In this document: piece by piece, positions 1 to 14,457 of the stretch | Layout of the letters: every line of letters starts with the position of its first letter | Numbering within the stretch: the first letter of the stretch is position 1 | Source: Lama guanicoe | Lineage: Eukaryota | Reading direction: 5' to 3' | DNA length: 64,000 nt | NCBI GenBank assembly: GCA_013239625.1 | Contig: MU053561.1 | Coordinates: forward strand, 3,488,283 to 3,552,282 | Position numbers and translations under genes: made by a program | The notes under the pieces: model-generated | What the model was told of the DNA's origin: nothing | Database searches by the model: none | The model's input: only the letters and a program-made list of their open reading frames with translations

Positions 1-2559
1 CTCATTTTAAAATAGTCAAGACTCCTAGATTAGAGGGTTTTTTTTGCATTAATACCAAGTTAATTACATCTACATAACCTTTTATTCACCCTTCCCAAAA
101 CCCTGCATGAATAGCTTCTGCAAGGCCTGACCTGAATGTAATAAGGCACACAGTGGGAGTTTCCAAATGTGTATTTTTAACATGGTTTCCTTGAACTGTA
201 GTGCTCTGCAGACTCTATCTTGATAATTATTTTCAGAAATTTTTCAGATATTTGTTTTCAGAAATACGAGTTTTGTTGAAGACTTCATACTTGTTTTTTT
301 TTTAAATCTCATTTTACACCAGATAATTTCAAAATGAACCACATACATACACAGACTGTATACGAAGGGTATTTACCAGCTTATGGCAGAGTTTGGGTGC
401 CGGTTTGGAGGGACAACTGAAAAACTAGACCAGTCATCAAAATGAAATTATACTGAGCAGTGCAGCAGAGGGTTTGTTTGGTTTGGGGCTACAGGCCACC
501 GCAGTGGGGGTGAGCTCACAACAGGGGTGGACTGAACAGGAGCTCCTCATGGACCCCGGCTAGAGAGTGGCCGGGGTCGGTGTCCCTCCTGGCACCGCCG
601 CTTCTCGGTCATCACCTCATTCTGTTTCCCTCTGCTGCTGTTTCCCCACTGACTCTTGTCATTCTGGTGGCGGCAGCAGGAAACTTGGACGCCGCCCACA
701 CCACCTGCTCCAAACCACTCGAGGCCTTGGAACACCACCCGGACAGTGCCGCACGGTCCAAGGCAGAAGTCAAGGGTGTGAACCCACACGGAACTCTCAC
801 ACTCTACACAGCGGAATGGATGGACACATTATTTGCACCTCAAAATAAAAATGACTTTGGGCAAAACATGAGATTCTGCACTAAAAACGTGACTCAGACA
901 AGCCTTGCCTTGGGTCCACGCGGACATGCGCAGAGACGTGGTGACACTGTTAACACCAGGGCAGCCGCGGCTGAGTTCAGAACGTGCAGGTGAGCCACTG
1001 GGGCGCACGGGGCTATTGATCGTGTTAGTCAATTCTTTGCTATTTTTCGTTAGATCAGGAAACCTATCCGTTTATTCGGGCTTGGCAATTATTAAAGCTT
1101 ATCTGAATCGTTATGACTCCTGCAGTATTTGTGTGATTTATTGCACAAGACGGCTCGCCAGGATCCTTGTGAGTGGGATACAGATACCCTGAGGGTCACA
1201 TCACTTTGGAGAGGACAAGCTCATGACACATTGACAAGCAGGCTGGCCCTCTGTACCCCTCCCTGATCTGTCACATGCCACTGTGGAAAGGCCACAGAAA
1301 TCGGTGGCCACACTCCCCCATTTACCATCTGCACGACACTGAGAAGCTACCCAGCTACTCTGAACCCTTTTTGAATTTGCAAGCCACGATATAAGCATGA
1401 TTCCTTTTTGCCCTTCTCGCTGAGAATTCACTCCGTCACAGGCAATATCAGAACTCACGCCTGGCAGCCCGGGGAGGTGAGCTCCTACTCTGCTTGACTT
1501 TCAACCCAATGCATGTGTGCCACGAGCCATCACCCTGCAGTCACTTTGCTAACCTGCATTCTCACCAGTCCACCAACCTACACCCCCATCCGCTCTGCAC
1601 GTCCTGTTCTCCAGGGCAGCGCTTCTGGAGCTGCCAGGAATGGCCGGGGGCAGTGCGTTGGGCCGTGGACTCTGCTTCTTTTCAATGACAGCAGCACAGC
1701 CCCAGCTCTCGTCAATCCTGAAATGCCAACTGAGATACCATTCGAAACTAACGGCTTCTGATCATCAAGGAAAAAAAAAGAAAAAGGCGTGAAAATCACT
1801 GGTGTAGTGGGAAGAACATGGGTTCGTTGAATCCCAGACCAGCAGCTTATTAAATATGTGACTGAGGGCGAATTCTAAGAACTCTCTACATGCCAGCTGT
1901 TCAGTCTGCAGTGCCGGCTGCTGGCAGAAGCAAGCAAGCAGGTCCCTGGGAGAGAGCCCCTCACACACCAAGACACTGGAAGGCAGTCGTGGTCATCTGC
2001 CTCTTCACTCTCCTCTACCTGCGAAACCTTATAAAACCCGCCATCTCACCCACAAATCCTCCACAAAGTATGGAACATTCTCAACGCAGCTGTGGGGACT
2101 GGGAACTCCTGTCCCACTACGCAGCCGGCAATGGCCCCGTGCTCCTCCAGCCCCAGGTTGGACGGGCCACAGCCACCCCTGACAGCATCAGGAACCCACT
2201 CCGGCTGGGAGCAGGCAGTTTAGCATCTGGGACACCCCAAGGATAGTTCAGCTTAAATCGTGACTCCAGAGTCCCCACGGGGCTTCCCTGGAGATCCCAC
2301 AGGTGGCAGCACATCGGGGCAGCCCCTTCCACTCCCCAGACATCGTGGAGTCCCTGCTGGGGACTGTGGGTCTCTACTGCACAGGGAATATTTGTGCCTG
2401 AAGATACACCTCTGAGGTGGATAACCGTTTGGCCTTCTGACGCCTCTATACCACGGGAGGACAGTGCCGTGTATTTATAAATCTATGATGATATATGTTG
2501 CATCAAGATGCAGAACAGCATATACATCCAAGTGTGTGTATCTCAGTGGATCTACATGG

Positions 2560-2825
2560 GTAGGAATGAGCAAGAGGACAGACAAGGAACCAGGAAAAGG
2601 GAATGAGGATGGAGAAGAAAGAGCAAAAAACAAAGAGAAGGACAGGGAGAGAAAGCAAAAGAGAGCAAGAGAGACAGCAGGGAGAAAGAAATGGGAGGCA
2701 AATACAGAGAGACAGAAACTGAGATGGAGAGAGGTGGGGACAGAGAGCAGTGGACTCAGAAAGACAAAACGCCAGAGACAGCGAAATAGGAAATGCGGAG
2801 AGGAAAGGAGGAGGGAAGGAAAACA
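2560..2825. repeat. GA-rich low-complexity tract
   Basis: Strongly purine-biased (GA/GGA/GAGA) stretch. Confidence 0.75.
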
Positions 2826-4316
2826 GATGCATTGTTGCAGCCTGACCAAGACGGACCGCAAGAGAGACGGTGACTCACGGGTACACCCCCGTGGTGGCCA
2901 GAAGAGGGACATGGGACTCCTGTCACAGGGAAGGGAGGGGCCATCTGAGTTAGGTGGCTTTTATCATCTTTTTCTCGGAGCTGCTTTTAAGATCTTCAGC
3001 ACTTGCTGGGGAAGCTATTCAATTCTGTTTCTCCTGCATCTACCAACTCTTTGTCTTGGGAGCAGCAGCCCTCGGGGCTCCCTTCCCTCCACATTCAGCC
3101 TCCAGGCAAGCGGTGTTAGGGTGAGCCTCCCAGGCGCCAGCACAGGAGATGCGCTTGGTACCAGGGTGCCCGTTCCTGCGTTCCCAGAGCGCAGGCTCTG
3201 TCAGCACTCTCCTTCCTGTGTCGAGGCTTTCTCTGGCATCAGACTGCTCGGTGACATCTGCTAAGAATGGTGTCCCTCCCGTGGTGTCTAAAAGGGCTCC
3301 CAATTACAGATTTCATAAGTATTGATTTAATTCAATCGCATTTAAATTCGTTGAGAGTCGGCCGTGCTGAAGCACTATGCTGCTATGTTACCTCATTTAA
3401 AGCATTAAGCACATTCAGTGGGCAATTCTGCATAATTGTTACTTAGGTCAAGCTTTCATCCTGGCACCACGAGCTTTCTTAGGTTGCATTGTCCAGCGGG
3501 CGGTCAGCTGGCCTTCCCTTCAAAGCCCGTTCTCCAGAGGGAGCTTCTGCGAGGGCTTCTGTAGTCATTGTCTCCACCAACAATGGGTGCTTTGCTTATT
3601 CTTGACCAAAATAGTGGCCTGTTGACGAGCAATGATGAATATAAAAAATGGGCTATCCCTGGTGAAATGAAAGACATTCAAGATACATGGATTAGCTCAA
3701 CCTATTTTTGACACTCACTCCTCTTCTATGAATTTGTGAGATAATCCAGTTTGTTCTGTACCGAGGTGATGCCCTAGGTTAAAACCCCTCCTTAGTCCTG
3801 AGCCCACAGAACTCTGGAAGGTTCTGACTGCTTGAAGCTGGCGACAAGGTAGGTGTCACTACCCTGACTACGTAAAATTGGGGTTTGCCTGTAGTGACCT
3901 GTCATGCAAGCAGTGTGCAGAACACCTATAAAACCAGGAGCTAGGACTTCTCAAGCCTGCAAGGTAGTTTATTTTGTGCTTCTTTGATAATAAGAATTCA
4001 GTTAACAAGTTCGTCTCTATGTGTGGCAGAATTTGGTCTGAGATCCACTTTCATTATAATTTGGTGAACGGGTTTGTTGGACTCCAGACCTACAGCTCTC
4101 AGCCATTTCAAAATCTAATGGAGGTAATAAATAGAACCAGAGCTTTTTTGAGAAATGGCTAATTCCATAGCAGGAGTAAGGAGATGCAAGATAAACCTGG
4201 AATGTTTTGTTCAGCTAAAATTTTTTAAAGTGCTCAAAAAGGAAAAAAGAAAAAAGATGGGGATGTTACAAGGACACGGGAGGACTTTCAGCTCCAGGAA
4301 GAGGGAGTAAACATAC

Positions 4317-5266
4317 TGCAGTCTCGTAATTTATAGAACATACATATGTGGCCATTCAGATGACCAAATTCAGAGATATTTGGTCTTTATCCACAGTTCC
4401 CGGCTCACAGCTCCCCGAACCCTCGGAATTTCCTGAGTTGAGGTTAAGAGCAATGGGCTAGTACTTGGTCTCTTGTCTTCAGTTCCTAAAAAATGCTGTG
4501 GGTAAGGTGACTTTTGAGTCCCCCCCAAGGGTGGAGGCTGGTTGCCAAGAGAACCAACCATGTGATTAAAGGGTTGGATCTTTCAGTCCCAACCCACCCC
4601 CTCCAAACCCCTCACAAAACTCCAGGAAGAGGGGAGAGGGGCTAGATTTAAGTCAATCAGCACTGACCAATGACTTCATCAACTGTGTCTATGCAATGAA
4701 GTCTCCAGAAAACCCAAAAGGATGGGGTTCAGAGCTTCTGGATTGGCAGACAAGTGGGGACTGGGGAGAGTGGTGCTAGGAGAGAGCTCGGAAGCTCCAC
4801 ACGGCTTCCCAGGCTTTGCCCTATGTATCTCTTCATCCAGCTGTTGTTCCATATCCTTTAACATCCTTTTATAATAAACCAGTAGTCTAGTAAATAAACA
4901 TTTTTTCCTGAGTTCTGTGAGCCATTCTAGCAGATTAATTGAGCCTGCAGGGGAGGTCCTGGGAACTTCTGATTTATAATCAGCTGTTCAGAAGTACAGG
5001 TACCAACCTGAGCTTGGATCGGCATCCTGAATTGGAGGGGGTCACTGGAACCTCCAATTTGTAGCCAGCCAGTCAGAAACACGGGTAACAATGAGTGTTT
5101 GTGGCTGTCATCTGAAGCGGAGGGCAGTCTCGGGGGACTGAGCCCTTTACCTGTGGAATTCAAATCTGTCCCCAGGTAGATACCATCACAGTCGAGCTGA
5201 ATTCTCACCGATGCTGCCGGCATCCGGGAACTGCTTGTTGGAAGTGGGTCCAGGAACCCTTCTGCA
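4317..5266 (+). mobile_element. Solo LTR, MER21-like, nested in the L1 5' UTR
   Basis: TG...CA ends, ~950 bp. MER21-type motifs (accaaccatgtgattaaagggttgg; cctgagttctgtgagccattctagc; gactgagccctttacctgtgga); AATAAA ~4873. Flanks CATAC/TGTAC look like a 5-bp TSD. Confidence 0.8.
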
Positions 5267-6353
5267 TGTACTTTTCCCTGTTTCTCCCACTGTGTACTAC
5301 TAAAAATCCTGGACATTATATGTAAAACAAACAAAGACAACTTTAAAGGCGGGGAGAAGACCAGTTAAGGACCCTGGGACCCAAGGAATGACACAGTGGT
5401 CAGTTCCCTGGGTTTCCCTTTCCCTCACATATCTCAGACGGGGTGCTGGAGAAACCCAGCAACTCAGAAACGCTAAGACGAGTGACAAGAGCCCCAAGGA
5501 AGCCTGCTCTATCTAGACAAAGGCCCAGGAGAGGGGCTTCCTAGCAGGACAGAACTTTGAGGCAACAACTGCTTTATTCTGGCCAATGATCACCCCAACA
5601 CACACACACCCTCCCCTCCACACACCCAAATCTGTGGCTTCAACCCCATCCACACTAGCAAAGGCTAAGTGTGGAAACTAGGCTTCCCCCTGGCTAGGCT
5701 GTAGTGAGTCACCTCCACCCTCCTCGACCTCGGTGATGTCAGAAAAAGACAGCAAGGTGCCAGCACTTTCATTCCTACCAAAGCCCCCCTCCCTCCTAGC
5801 CCAGTACCACCACCCCCACCACCACGAGTGTCCGCAGAGACCATGCAGAGAGGCTGGATTTCAGCCCATGGTGGTAACGAGGCACCCCTCCCTTCTTCCC
5901 ATGCCACAGCAGTGTCACAGAAGGCCAGCTAAAACAGAAGGCTTAAATAAAACCCAGCATCTCCTAACATAATCCCTCAAACTCCAAGTTTCAAATAAAA
6001 ATAATTTGGCATACCCCAAATCAGAGGGATCTCAAGCAGGATGAATAAAGACAATCACTGAGATGATAGAGTTCATAGAAATATCTGACAAAGATCTTAC
6101 AGCTGTCATCATGAGCACTTGTAAACATGTTTGAAATAGATGACAAAATAGAAAGACTCAGTGAAGACACAAAGTCTCAGCAAAGAAAGAGAATATATAG
6201 AAAAAGAACAAAATAAAAATTTTAGAACTGACAAATACAGTGAAGGGATTCGACAGCAGGATAGAGGAGAGAGAGGAAAGAATCAGGAAACTTGAAAACG
6301 GAACAGTCAGAAATACGCAATCCGGAAACAAAGATAAAACAAACTGAAAAAAA

Positions 6354-6470
6354 GGGGGGAGGGCATAGCTCAAGTGGTAGAGTGCATGCTTGGCATGCAC
6401 GAGGTCCTGGGTTCAATCCCCAGCACCTCCTCCAAACAGAAATAAATGAAAAACACCCCCCCCACAAAAA
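6354..6470 (+). mobile_element. Vic-1-type tRNA-derived SINE (camelid)
   Basis: GGGGAGGGCATAGCTCAAGTGGTAGAGTGCATGCTTGGCATGCACGAGGTCCTGGGTTCAATCCCCAGCACCTCC: Pol III A and B boxes, A-rich tail, degenerate ...ctgaaaaaaa TSD. Confidence 0.88.
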
Positions 6471-6939
6471 AAGAAACAGGCTGAAAAAAAAGAACAAAGC
6501 CTCAGGTGTCTGTGGGGCTATAACAAAAGAATTAATATTTCTGTCACTGGAGTTCTAGAAGGAAAGGAGAAAGAGAGAAGGGCTAAAAAAAGTACTTGGA
6601 TAAATAATAGCTGAAAATCTCCCAGTGTGTCAAGAGATAGAAACCTGAGGATCCTAGAAGCTCAGTAAACTCCAAACAAGATAAACTTGAAGAAATCCAA
6701 ACCAAGAAACACCACAGTCTAACAACTAAAAACTAAAGACAAGAAAACCAAAAAACCTTAAAAGTAGCAAAAGAGAAATGACACCTTCCCTGTAAGAAAA
6801 AAAAAGAAAAATCAAATAACACCACATTTTTCATTACAAACCATAAAGACCAGAAGGAAATGGCTTAGAAGTTTTAATTTTTTTATTTTAATTCAATTTT
6901 GAATGTAATTTGATGAGCTGCCTTTCCAAACCCTTTCTG

Positions 6940-7083
6940 GGTTTTTTTTAATAGGTTTTTTTGAATGGGGGGAGGTAATCAGGTGAATATATTTACTCAT
7001 TTTTTAATGGTAGTACTGGGGATTGAACCTAGGATCTTGTGCATGTAAGGCACACCCTCTACCACTGAGCTGTACCCTCTCCC
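6940..7083 (-). mobile_element. Vic-1-type SINE
   Basis: Reverse-complement head (tactggggattgaacctagg...accactgagctgtaccctctccc) with T-rich tail and ggggggaggtaat segment. Confidence 0.85.
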
Positions 7084-9573
7084 TGCAAAAGGAGTTTTTA
7101 AATGCTTAAGGAAAAGAACTGTCAACCAAGAATTTTATAACCAGTGAAAACAAAGGTTGAAGGGGAAATCAACATATTCTCAGATAAATTAAAACTGAAA
7201 GAATTTATTGTCATCAGAATTACCCTAAAATAATGACTAATAGAAGTTCTCTAAAAAGAAAGCAAACATAAAAGAAGGAATTTTGGAACATCAGGAAGAA
7301 AGAAAGAACAATGGAAGGAAAATGTGGGTAAATAAAACAGACTTTCTCTTTTTGAGTTTTCTAAATTATATCTGATGGTTAAAGCAAAAATTATAACACT
7401 GTGTAATGTGGGTCAAAAAGTATGTAGAAAAACACTTAACACAATTATAAACAGGGGAGGGCAAAGGGATATAAGGTAAGGTAGAGTTTCTGTCACTTAA
7501 ACTGGTGACAGGACGTCAGTAGACTGTGGTAAGTTATGCATATATAATGTAATGTAATCACTAAAATAGCTATACACAGAGAGATAGACATACCCCAAAA
7601 CGCTATAGGTAAGTCAAAATGGAATTCTAAAAATGTTCCAAGAACCTACAGGAAGGCAGGAAAAATAAAAGAGAAAAAGAAAAAACAACAGAGAACAACA
7701 TAAAAATAATAAAGTGAAAGAGGTAAGCCCTAACATATAAAAAATTATGTTAAATGTAAATTATCTAAATATATAAATACAGAGATTGACAGTATGGATT
7801 AAAAAACTTGATCCAATTATATTCTGTCTATAAAAAACTGATTTCTCATATGATATAGGCAAATTGAAAGTAAAAGGAGGAAAAAATACATATCATGCTT
7901 ACACTAATCAAAGAAAGGAGGTGTGGCTATATGAATATTAAATACACCACATTTCAGAACAAGAAAATGACCAGTGACAGGGAAGGGTATTAGAAAATGA
8001 TAAAAAGGTCAGTCCACCAAGCAGACATAGCAATCATAAATTTACACATACCAAACAACAGAATTACAAAATATTGAAAGCAAAAAGTGAAAGTAGTGAA
8101 AGGAGAAATCAACATTTCTGTAACTGTAATTGAAGACATAAACACTCCTCTCTCAACAGTCTACAGAACTAGATAGAAAATCAGCAAGGATACAGAAGAA
8201 CTCAATCAACTGGATCTAAACAATATTTACAGAACACGCAACAGCAGCAGAATATACATTTGGTTCAAGCACAAATGGAACATATACCCAAGGGAGACTA
8301 CATCCTACACCATAAAAGAAACAGCAAGAAATTTAAAAGAACTGAAATCATAGAGTGTCCTCTGACCACAATGGAATCAAACTAGAAATAGAAAACAGAA
8401 AGCTAACAGGAAAATCTCCAAACACTAGTAAACTAAAAAGCATACCTCTAAATAATCATTGGATCAAAAGGAAGTCTCAAGGAGAAAAAAAATATATTGA
8501 GCTAAATGCAAAAGAAAATATAATGGATCAAAATTTGTGGGACATAGCTAACACGGTCCTGAGAGGGAGATTTCATTTCTGCCACTAAATGCTTATATTA
8601 GCAAGGGGGAAGACTCCCACTGATACTCTCAGACTACCACTTCTGGAACCTAAAAAAGAAAAAGAGAAAAAGAAATCCAAAGCAAGCAGAAGGAAGGAAA
8701 TACGAGCAAAAAGTAATAAAATGGAAAAAAGAAAAACAGAGAAAAAAAAATCAATGGAACAAAATGTTGGTTCTTTAAAAAGATCAATAAAATGGGCAAA
8801 ACGCTATCATGACTGACAAGTAATTAAATTAGAAAGGACATAAATCACCAATATTAGGTAATAAAAGAGGAGGTATTTCAGACTCTGCCGATATCAAAAG
8901 GATATTAAGTTAATACAATGAACAACTCTACACATATAAATTGGAAAACTTAAATGAAATGAACCAATTCTTTGAAAATCACAAACTGCCCCAACTCACA
9001 ATACAAAACAGATCACTTAAATAGTCCTATAACTTTTGAAGAAACTGACCTCATAATTTTAAAACTCCCACAAAAGAAACCTAAAGACCCAGATGATTTC
9101 ACTGGAGAATTCTCCCACATGTTGAAAGGACTAACATCAATTCTACACAGTCACTTCCAGAAAACAGAAAAGGACAGATATTTCACAATTCATTTTATGA
9201 ATGTGGTGTTAGGCTGATACCAACACCAGACAAAGATAGTACAAAAAAATCAAACTAGAGACCAACATAGCTCATGAATATAGAAGCAAAAATCCTTAAC
9301 AAAATATTAGCAAGTAAAATTGTGCAACATACAGAAAGTATATGCCATCCAGAGATGTAAGGTTGGTTCGGTATTTGAAAATCAAAGATGTTATCCACCG
9401 TACTAGAAGGTAGAATCACATGATCTCTGCATTTCATGTGGAAAATTGCAAAGTGACATATTTGACAAAATTCAACACACATTCATGGGGAAAAAAAAAC
9501 TAAAACAATATTTGAATGAAGGGATACTGGATGTGCTGAAGTTGAGTCAACAAGACCCAGCAGCAGACACTCA

Positions 9574-9900
<327 letters not shown>

Positions 9901-11029
9901 TCAGCTCCTGCTTGTGTGTTTGTAGGAGCGGCAGAAACGAGACGCTTCAGAAACAGAGGAGCAAACGGTTCAAAGGAAGCTTCCTGATTTACTACCAACA
10001 GAGCCACCACGAGCCCCTCTGTAAAGCACCCTATGCTTCCTCCAAGGATTTTCTTCTATGTTGAGATACATCTGATGCTAAGGGAAGGGCACAGAGGTGG
10101 TTCCACACTGGCTAGGGTGTGGGGCCAACTGACATCCCTCATAGTCCAAGGACCCCCATCCCTGGGCTCTCGGATGCCTGCCTGTGATCCCTCAGCAGAC
10201 AAAGTACATTCTTTACTGGGCGTGTTTGCCCTAATGCACTAACAGCTCTAGGTGATGCCTAATCTCACAACAGCTCGGGCTGGCTTGTGCAGCCCACCTT
10301 ATCAGAGTCACAAACCCCATCGCCCTTTAGGAACCCTAAACTTCTCACCTCACCTACAGCCAATCAGGCACCTTGTGACCCTCCCTCCCTTATAAAAGAC
10401 CCAACAACCAGCCCTTGGTGCGCACATGGCAGGGGGTGGGGGTGGCGGGCATTGGGGGGTGATATTACTGACTCTGATTAGAAGACTAACATTCCAGCTA
10501 TTTCCTCCTCAACACTACACTCAGTTCAGAGAAGGTGTTACCAGAGCCCAGGAGTATCTTGGTCTTGGATTCATTATCTCAACAAGAAAACATTCTGTGG
10601 CATAGTTTTAAATGTTTCCAAAAACATGCTTCAGACACAGACATCTGTATGTGTGTGTATATATATATACAGGGAGGGGGGAGGGGGGAGGAGGAGAGGG
10701 ACAGAGGAGGCGATGACAGGAGCTCTATTAAAGCAAGGAAGCACAATATGTACCCGAGTAGGTACTAAAGTATAGCACACAACTTACAAGATATAAAAAA
10801 TTCAGGAACCCAGGAGCAGGTGTTCACGTTTGTCACTGACTGTTTTGGGTTTGACGGCTACTCACAACTGGGTTTATAAGCTGTTGAGCCCTGGGCAGCC
10901 TTTTTCTGCTAGGGGTCCATTTATATTTAGCTCTCATTGTTCGACGAGTACTGCAAGCTTAAAATTTATTAGGAAAACATAAAAAAAAAAGTCTGTTCCA
11001 TAGTGAGGCAGTCTTACTTTAAGAAATCA

Positions 11030-11114
11030 TTATATGGATGGCTGAAACATTATGCTGTACACCAGAAACTGATACAACACTGTAAACGGACTATACTTCA
11101 ATTAAAAAAAAAAG
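11030..11114 (+). mobile_element. Short 3' tail of a young artiodactyl/camelid L1
   Basis: tgctgtacaccagaaactgatacaacactgtaaacggactatacttcaattaaaaaaaa, near-identical to the 3' end of the L1 at 35601-36481. Confidence 0.8.
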
Positions 11115-12747
11115 TTATAAAGGAAGGCCCCCCCCCCAAATTACTGCTATTCACTTAGAACTTAGGCTTTTAATACCTTTAAATAGAGTAAGTGTTTGAA
11201 AAACACAAAGCATGTGATTTCTCTGCTGCATATAGTAACACTCCCACTGGATAGATGAGCTGACCCGAGATACAACAGGGCGGAGAGACTTGCCAACAGC
11301 ATCATCTCCACTGCTGGGAACTCCCAGCTCCTTCCACACCATTCTGCAGGGGCATATTCAGCTGTTAAGTGGATAAGCTAAATCGCCAAAGGCAGAGTAA
11401 TTTATCACAAGTAGATGATGGAATTACTGTCAAGGAAAGAGAAAAGAAGCCATGACATTGTGTGTGTCATAACAGAAAGCTAATGTAAAGCCCAGGATCT
11501 GATTTTTTTCTCCCCTCCCCAGCAAGGCTGGGAGGATGCGAAAGGCAGCCCCCATCTATTGTGCCCGAATGACTGTGGGCCTCTGGAGATGCACAAAGCC
11601 GCCCCAGGTCAGTCTGCGGGGGGGATTTATTGTAAAACGCAAAGGAAAACATGCTTCTAGATTTATATCGCTTCCCGGCCCCTATTTGCATACTATTAAG
11701 GAAGTTTTAGAACAGGAGGCGATCAGCTTATAAAAATGAAAACCTTAATAATCACGAGAACAGACAGAGCACACATTTAGCAGCAGCTATAATTACAAAG
11801 CCACTCGCACCCGTTTTAGTAACTGCCCTTCCTGATTACAATCTGCTGAAATTTAATTCATGGGTAAAGAAATGAAAAAAAAAATGGGGCAAAGGGAACT
11901 CAGATGACACAAAACATGTTCTGGTAAATGTACTGCCTTCAATCTGGTAAAACAAACTGGTCACGTTTTCTCCCTAAGTATGCTTTTTTCTGCTTTTGTC
12001 TCTACCCTTCATTTCACCCGGAAAGCACCCTCTCCTGCTGTGACTGTCTGGACCTTTCCTGTCCTCCAAGATGCAACGCAGATACCCTTCCTCCATCCTG
12101 CCTTCCTGCCAACCCCTCAAAAGCCCCCTCCTGCTTCTGCTCACCCCGCAAAGCTCCATCTAGATCTTTTTCATAGCCCGTATCATTTACTTCACTGCAC
12201 TGTATTTATGTATTTGTGAGTCTAATTTTTTCCTATTGGAATACACTCTCCCTAAGGGCAGGATCTCTGTCTGATTCACATTTAGGCTCCCAAAGCAAAT
12301 ACCTCCTAGATGGATGGTATCACGCACTCAAATCAATAAATGAATGAATGTCCACGAGGGAATACTAGAAAAAAACAGCAAATGCTTCTCTAATGCTAAC
12401 TGTATGCCAGGCACCATTCTAAGTGCCTGTTGAAAATACACTAACACAATTTATTTTTATCTAGGTTATTCTAGGATAAGCAAATGTTCCAGGTAAAATG
12501 CTCCAAAGGGTCCTCTAATCTGAGGTGTATTTCATTGTGGAGCCTGCCATTCTTGGAAGAAATTATGAAGCGTGGAAAGGAGTTAAAAAAACAAAGAGGT
12601 AGTGCTGCTACACACCCTTGTTTGTAACGCAGGGAGCAGTGAAACTTAGCGGATCAGTATTATCTGTACCAGTCAGTATTGTTTCTAGCAGTCTGTAGCT
12701 GAATACGCACTTTCCACCTGTCTCATTTTCTCTGCCATCCTCCCACC

Positions 12748-12750
<3 letters not shown>

Positions 12751-12778
<28 letters not shown>
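12751..12778. repeat. (AC)14 microsatellite in intron 1
   Basis: Perfect AC run. Confidence 0.95.
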
Positions 12779-14457
12779 CCAAGGACCCCAACGGAATATG
12801 TAGGGCCACGGCTTTGTGTCACCAGAGGGATCAGAAACACACGCTTTTCTATGTGGTGTCTGCCTTTTTGGCTTTGACACAAATGGCCATGCCTGCTTTT
12901 GCTAAAGGTAAGAGACAGAGCAGGCAGGCAGCTGTGAAGTCGCACGATAATGCTAATTCTGAAAAGGCACCAGGAGGATTAGGTAAAAGGGGCGATGCTT
13001 AAACGCTGCATAGATTTCTGTTAGGTCCTTTACGCCAGAGCCACACACGTGGGCCCCACAGTCCTATGAAGTCAAAGATGGTTTAGCCCTCAGCTAGTCC
13101 CGGGGAGGCGTCACCCACACACGGAATAGGGGGTGCTTTTCCTCGCTTGCCTTCTTGGCTGTGACAGCGTGACAGAGCTCTCATCCTGTTTCTTCCCCCA
13201 GAGCACACATGCTCTCTCCCTCTGCCCCCGACAACTACTCCGGGCACACATTCACCAGTGGTCCTGTGCAGAGAACCGCGCCCATCAGCACCTGAAAGCC
13301 ACGTCGAGAAACCGCCACCCGTTCTCCTTCGGAGTGAGACGAACAACATCTCAGATACACCGTCATCTCCTCCAGCGCTGCCTCCAGGGAAGGCAAACAA
13401 GTGCCACAGATGGCGGGGTTGTTTTTTCCCTTTCAGCGTCATTATAATTAGAAAAGTGACTAACATGCACTATGGGACTGAAATTTTAAAAGTTTCAGAA
13501 GATGAACATTTTACACGTAATTTCATCCTAACAGCATTATAAGCTTTTATGACACTCAGGAAACCGACAACGCCTCCCATAAATTACCTCATCACAATAT
13601 CTTGCGCCGTGAAGTCACGGGAGATGTGATGTTCGCGCTGTAAAGTGGGAAAGCTCAGCCACAGAGCGATTAAGTGGGTCGTTCAAGGGCACGTAAAGCA
13701 CTAATGGCAAAACCAGGGTGAGGCTGGCAGCCACCTAACTCTGGGGCCAGAGCTTTTTTCAGAGAAAAAAATGGGGGGAAAAAATCAAAGATGACCTCAT
13801 TATTGTCATCACTGCTAGTACCTTATGCACTTAGTACTCAGCTTATCTGACTGACGCGACCAAAAGCATTACATGAGCGTGACCACATCATGAAGGCAGC
13901 ACCAGATGCCCAGCCCGAAGTGGGCATTCAACACACATCTGTGGGGCGACTTCCTGATACTGCCTACTTTCTCGTGTTTTAAAAATTCAGTGATTAGTCC
14001 CTGAATAACCAGTGTCTCTGAGTCCTCTTCCTTCCCTAACTCTGATTTATCCACACGATGCCACCAGATCAGTCTCCCTGAGACACTCCTCATGAACCTC
14101 TTTCGGCCACAACATGTTCACGGACAAATGACAAATGTCCTAGCACCCAGGTCCCCACCACATGGCCCAATTGCTACCCAATCTGCATTCAGGCTGTCTG
14201 CACTAGCCTATCCAGTTCCCCAAACATGACTTTTCATGGTGTGCTGTGAGAACCATATGGAATCTGTATTCCTGAGCCTGAACCTCAGCTCCAGCCAATC
14301 AAAACTTCTCTAAACTTCACATTTTCCTCTAGTGGGACCACACACTAGTAGTGTGTCTTTATCTCATTCATTCTTATCTAACTGATCTATTCTGGGGGCC
14401 AAGGGGATGTTTCTTTAGCCAACAGTAAACGGTACAGCACCATACAAACAGCACGCA

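Larger units (their letters stand above)
4280..9505 (+). mobile_element. Old LINE-1 (L1MC-like) with 5' UTR, decayed ORF1 and the 5' part of ORF2; interrupted by an LTR and two SINEs
   Basis: ORF2 motifs survive in broken frames: SDHNGIKLEI (endonuclease, ~8358), PDDFTGEF (~9090), aatatagaagcaaaaatccttaacaaaatattagca (NIEAKILNKILA, ~9277), FDKIQH (~9461). A-rich sense strand. L1M-type 5' end gaggactttcagctccaggaag at ~4280. Antisense to SLC22A15. Confidence 0.9.

Noticed and set aside
2464..3264. 266-aa ORF, longest in the track
   Set aside because: Arises from a GA-rich low-complexity tract (K/E/R-rich), starts at GTG, no recognisable domain, antisense within intron 2.
3700..4095. Possible ancient LTR (TATAAAA at ~3927, ends ...ACA)
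   Set aside because: Could not assign family, ends or TSD with confidence.
6354..6432. tRNA-Ala-like gene
   Set aside because: It is the head of a SINE: followed by an A-rich tail, sits inside an L1, and has five diverged sister copies in the window.
8355..9500. Reverse transcriptase/endonuclease-like ORFs suggesting an active element or novel RT system
   Set aside because: Frameshifted, stop-ridden pieces of ordinary L1 ORF2.
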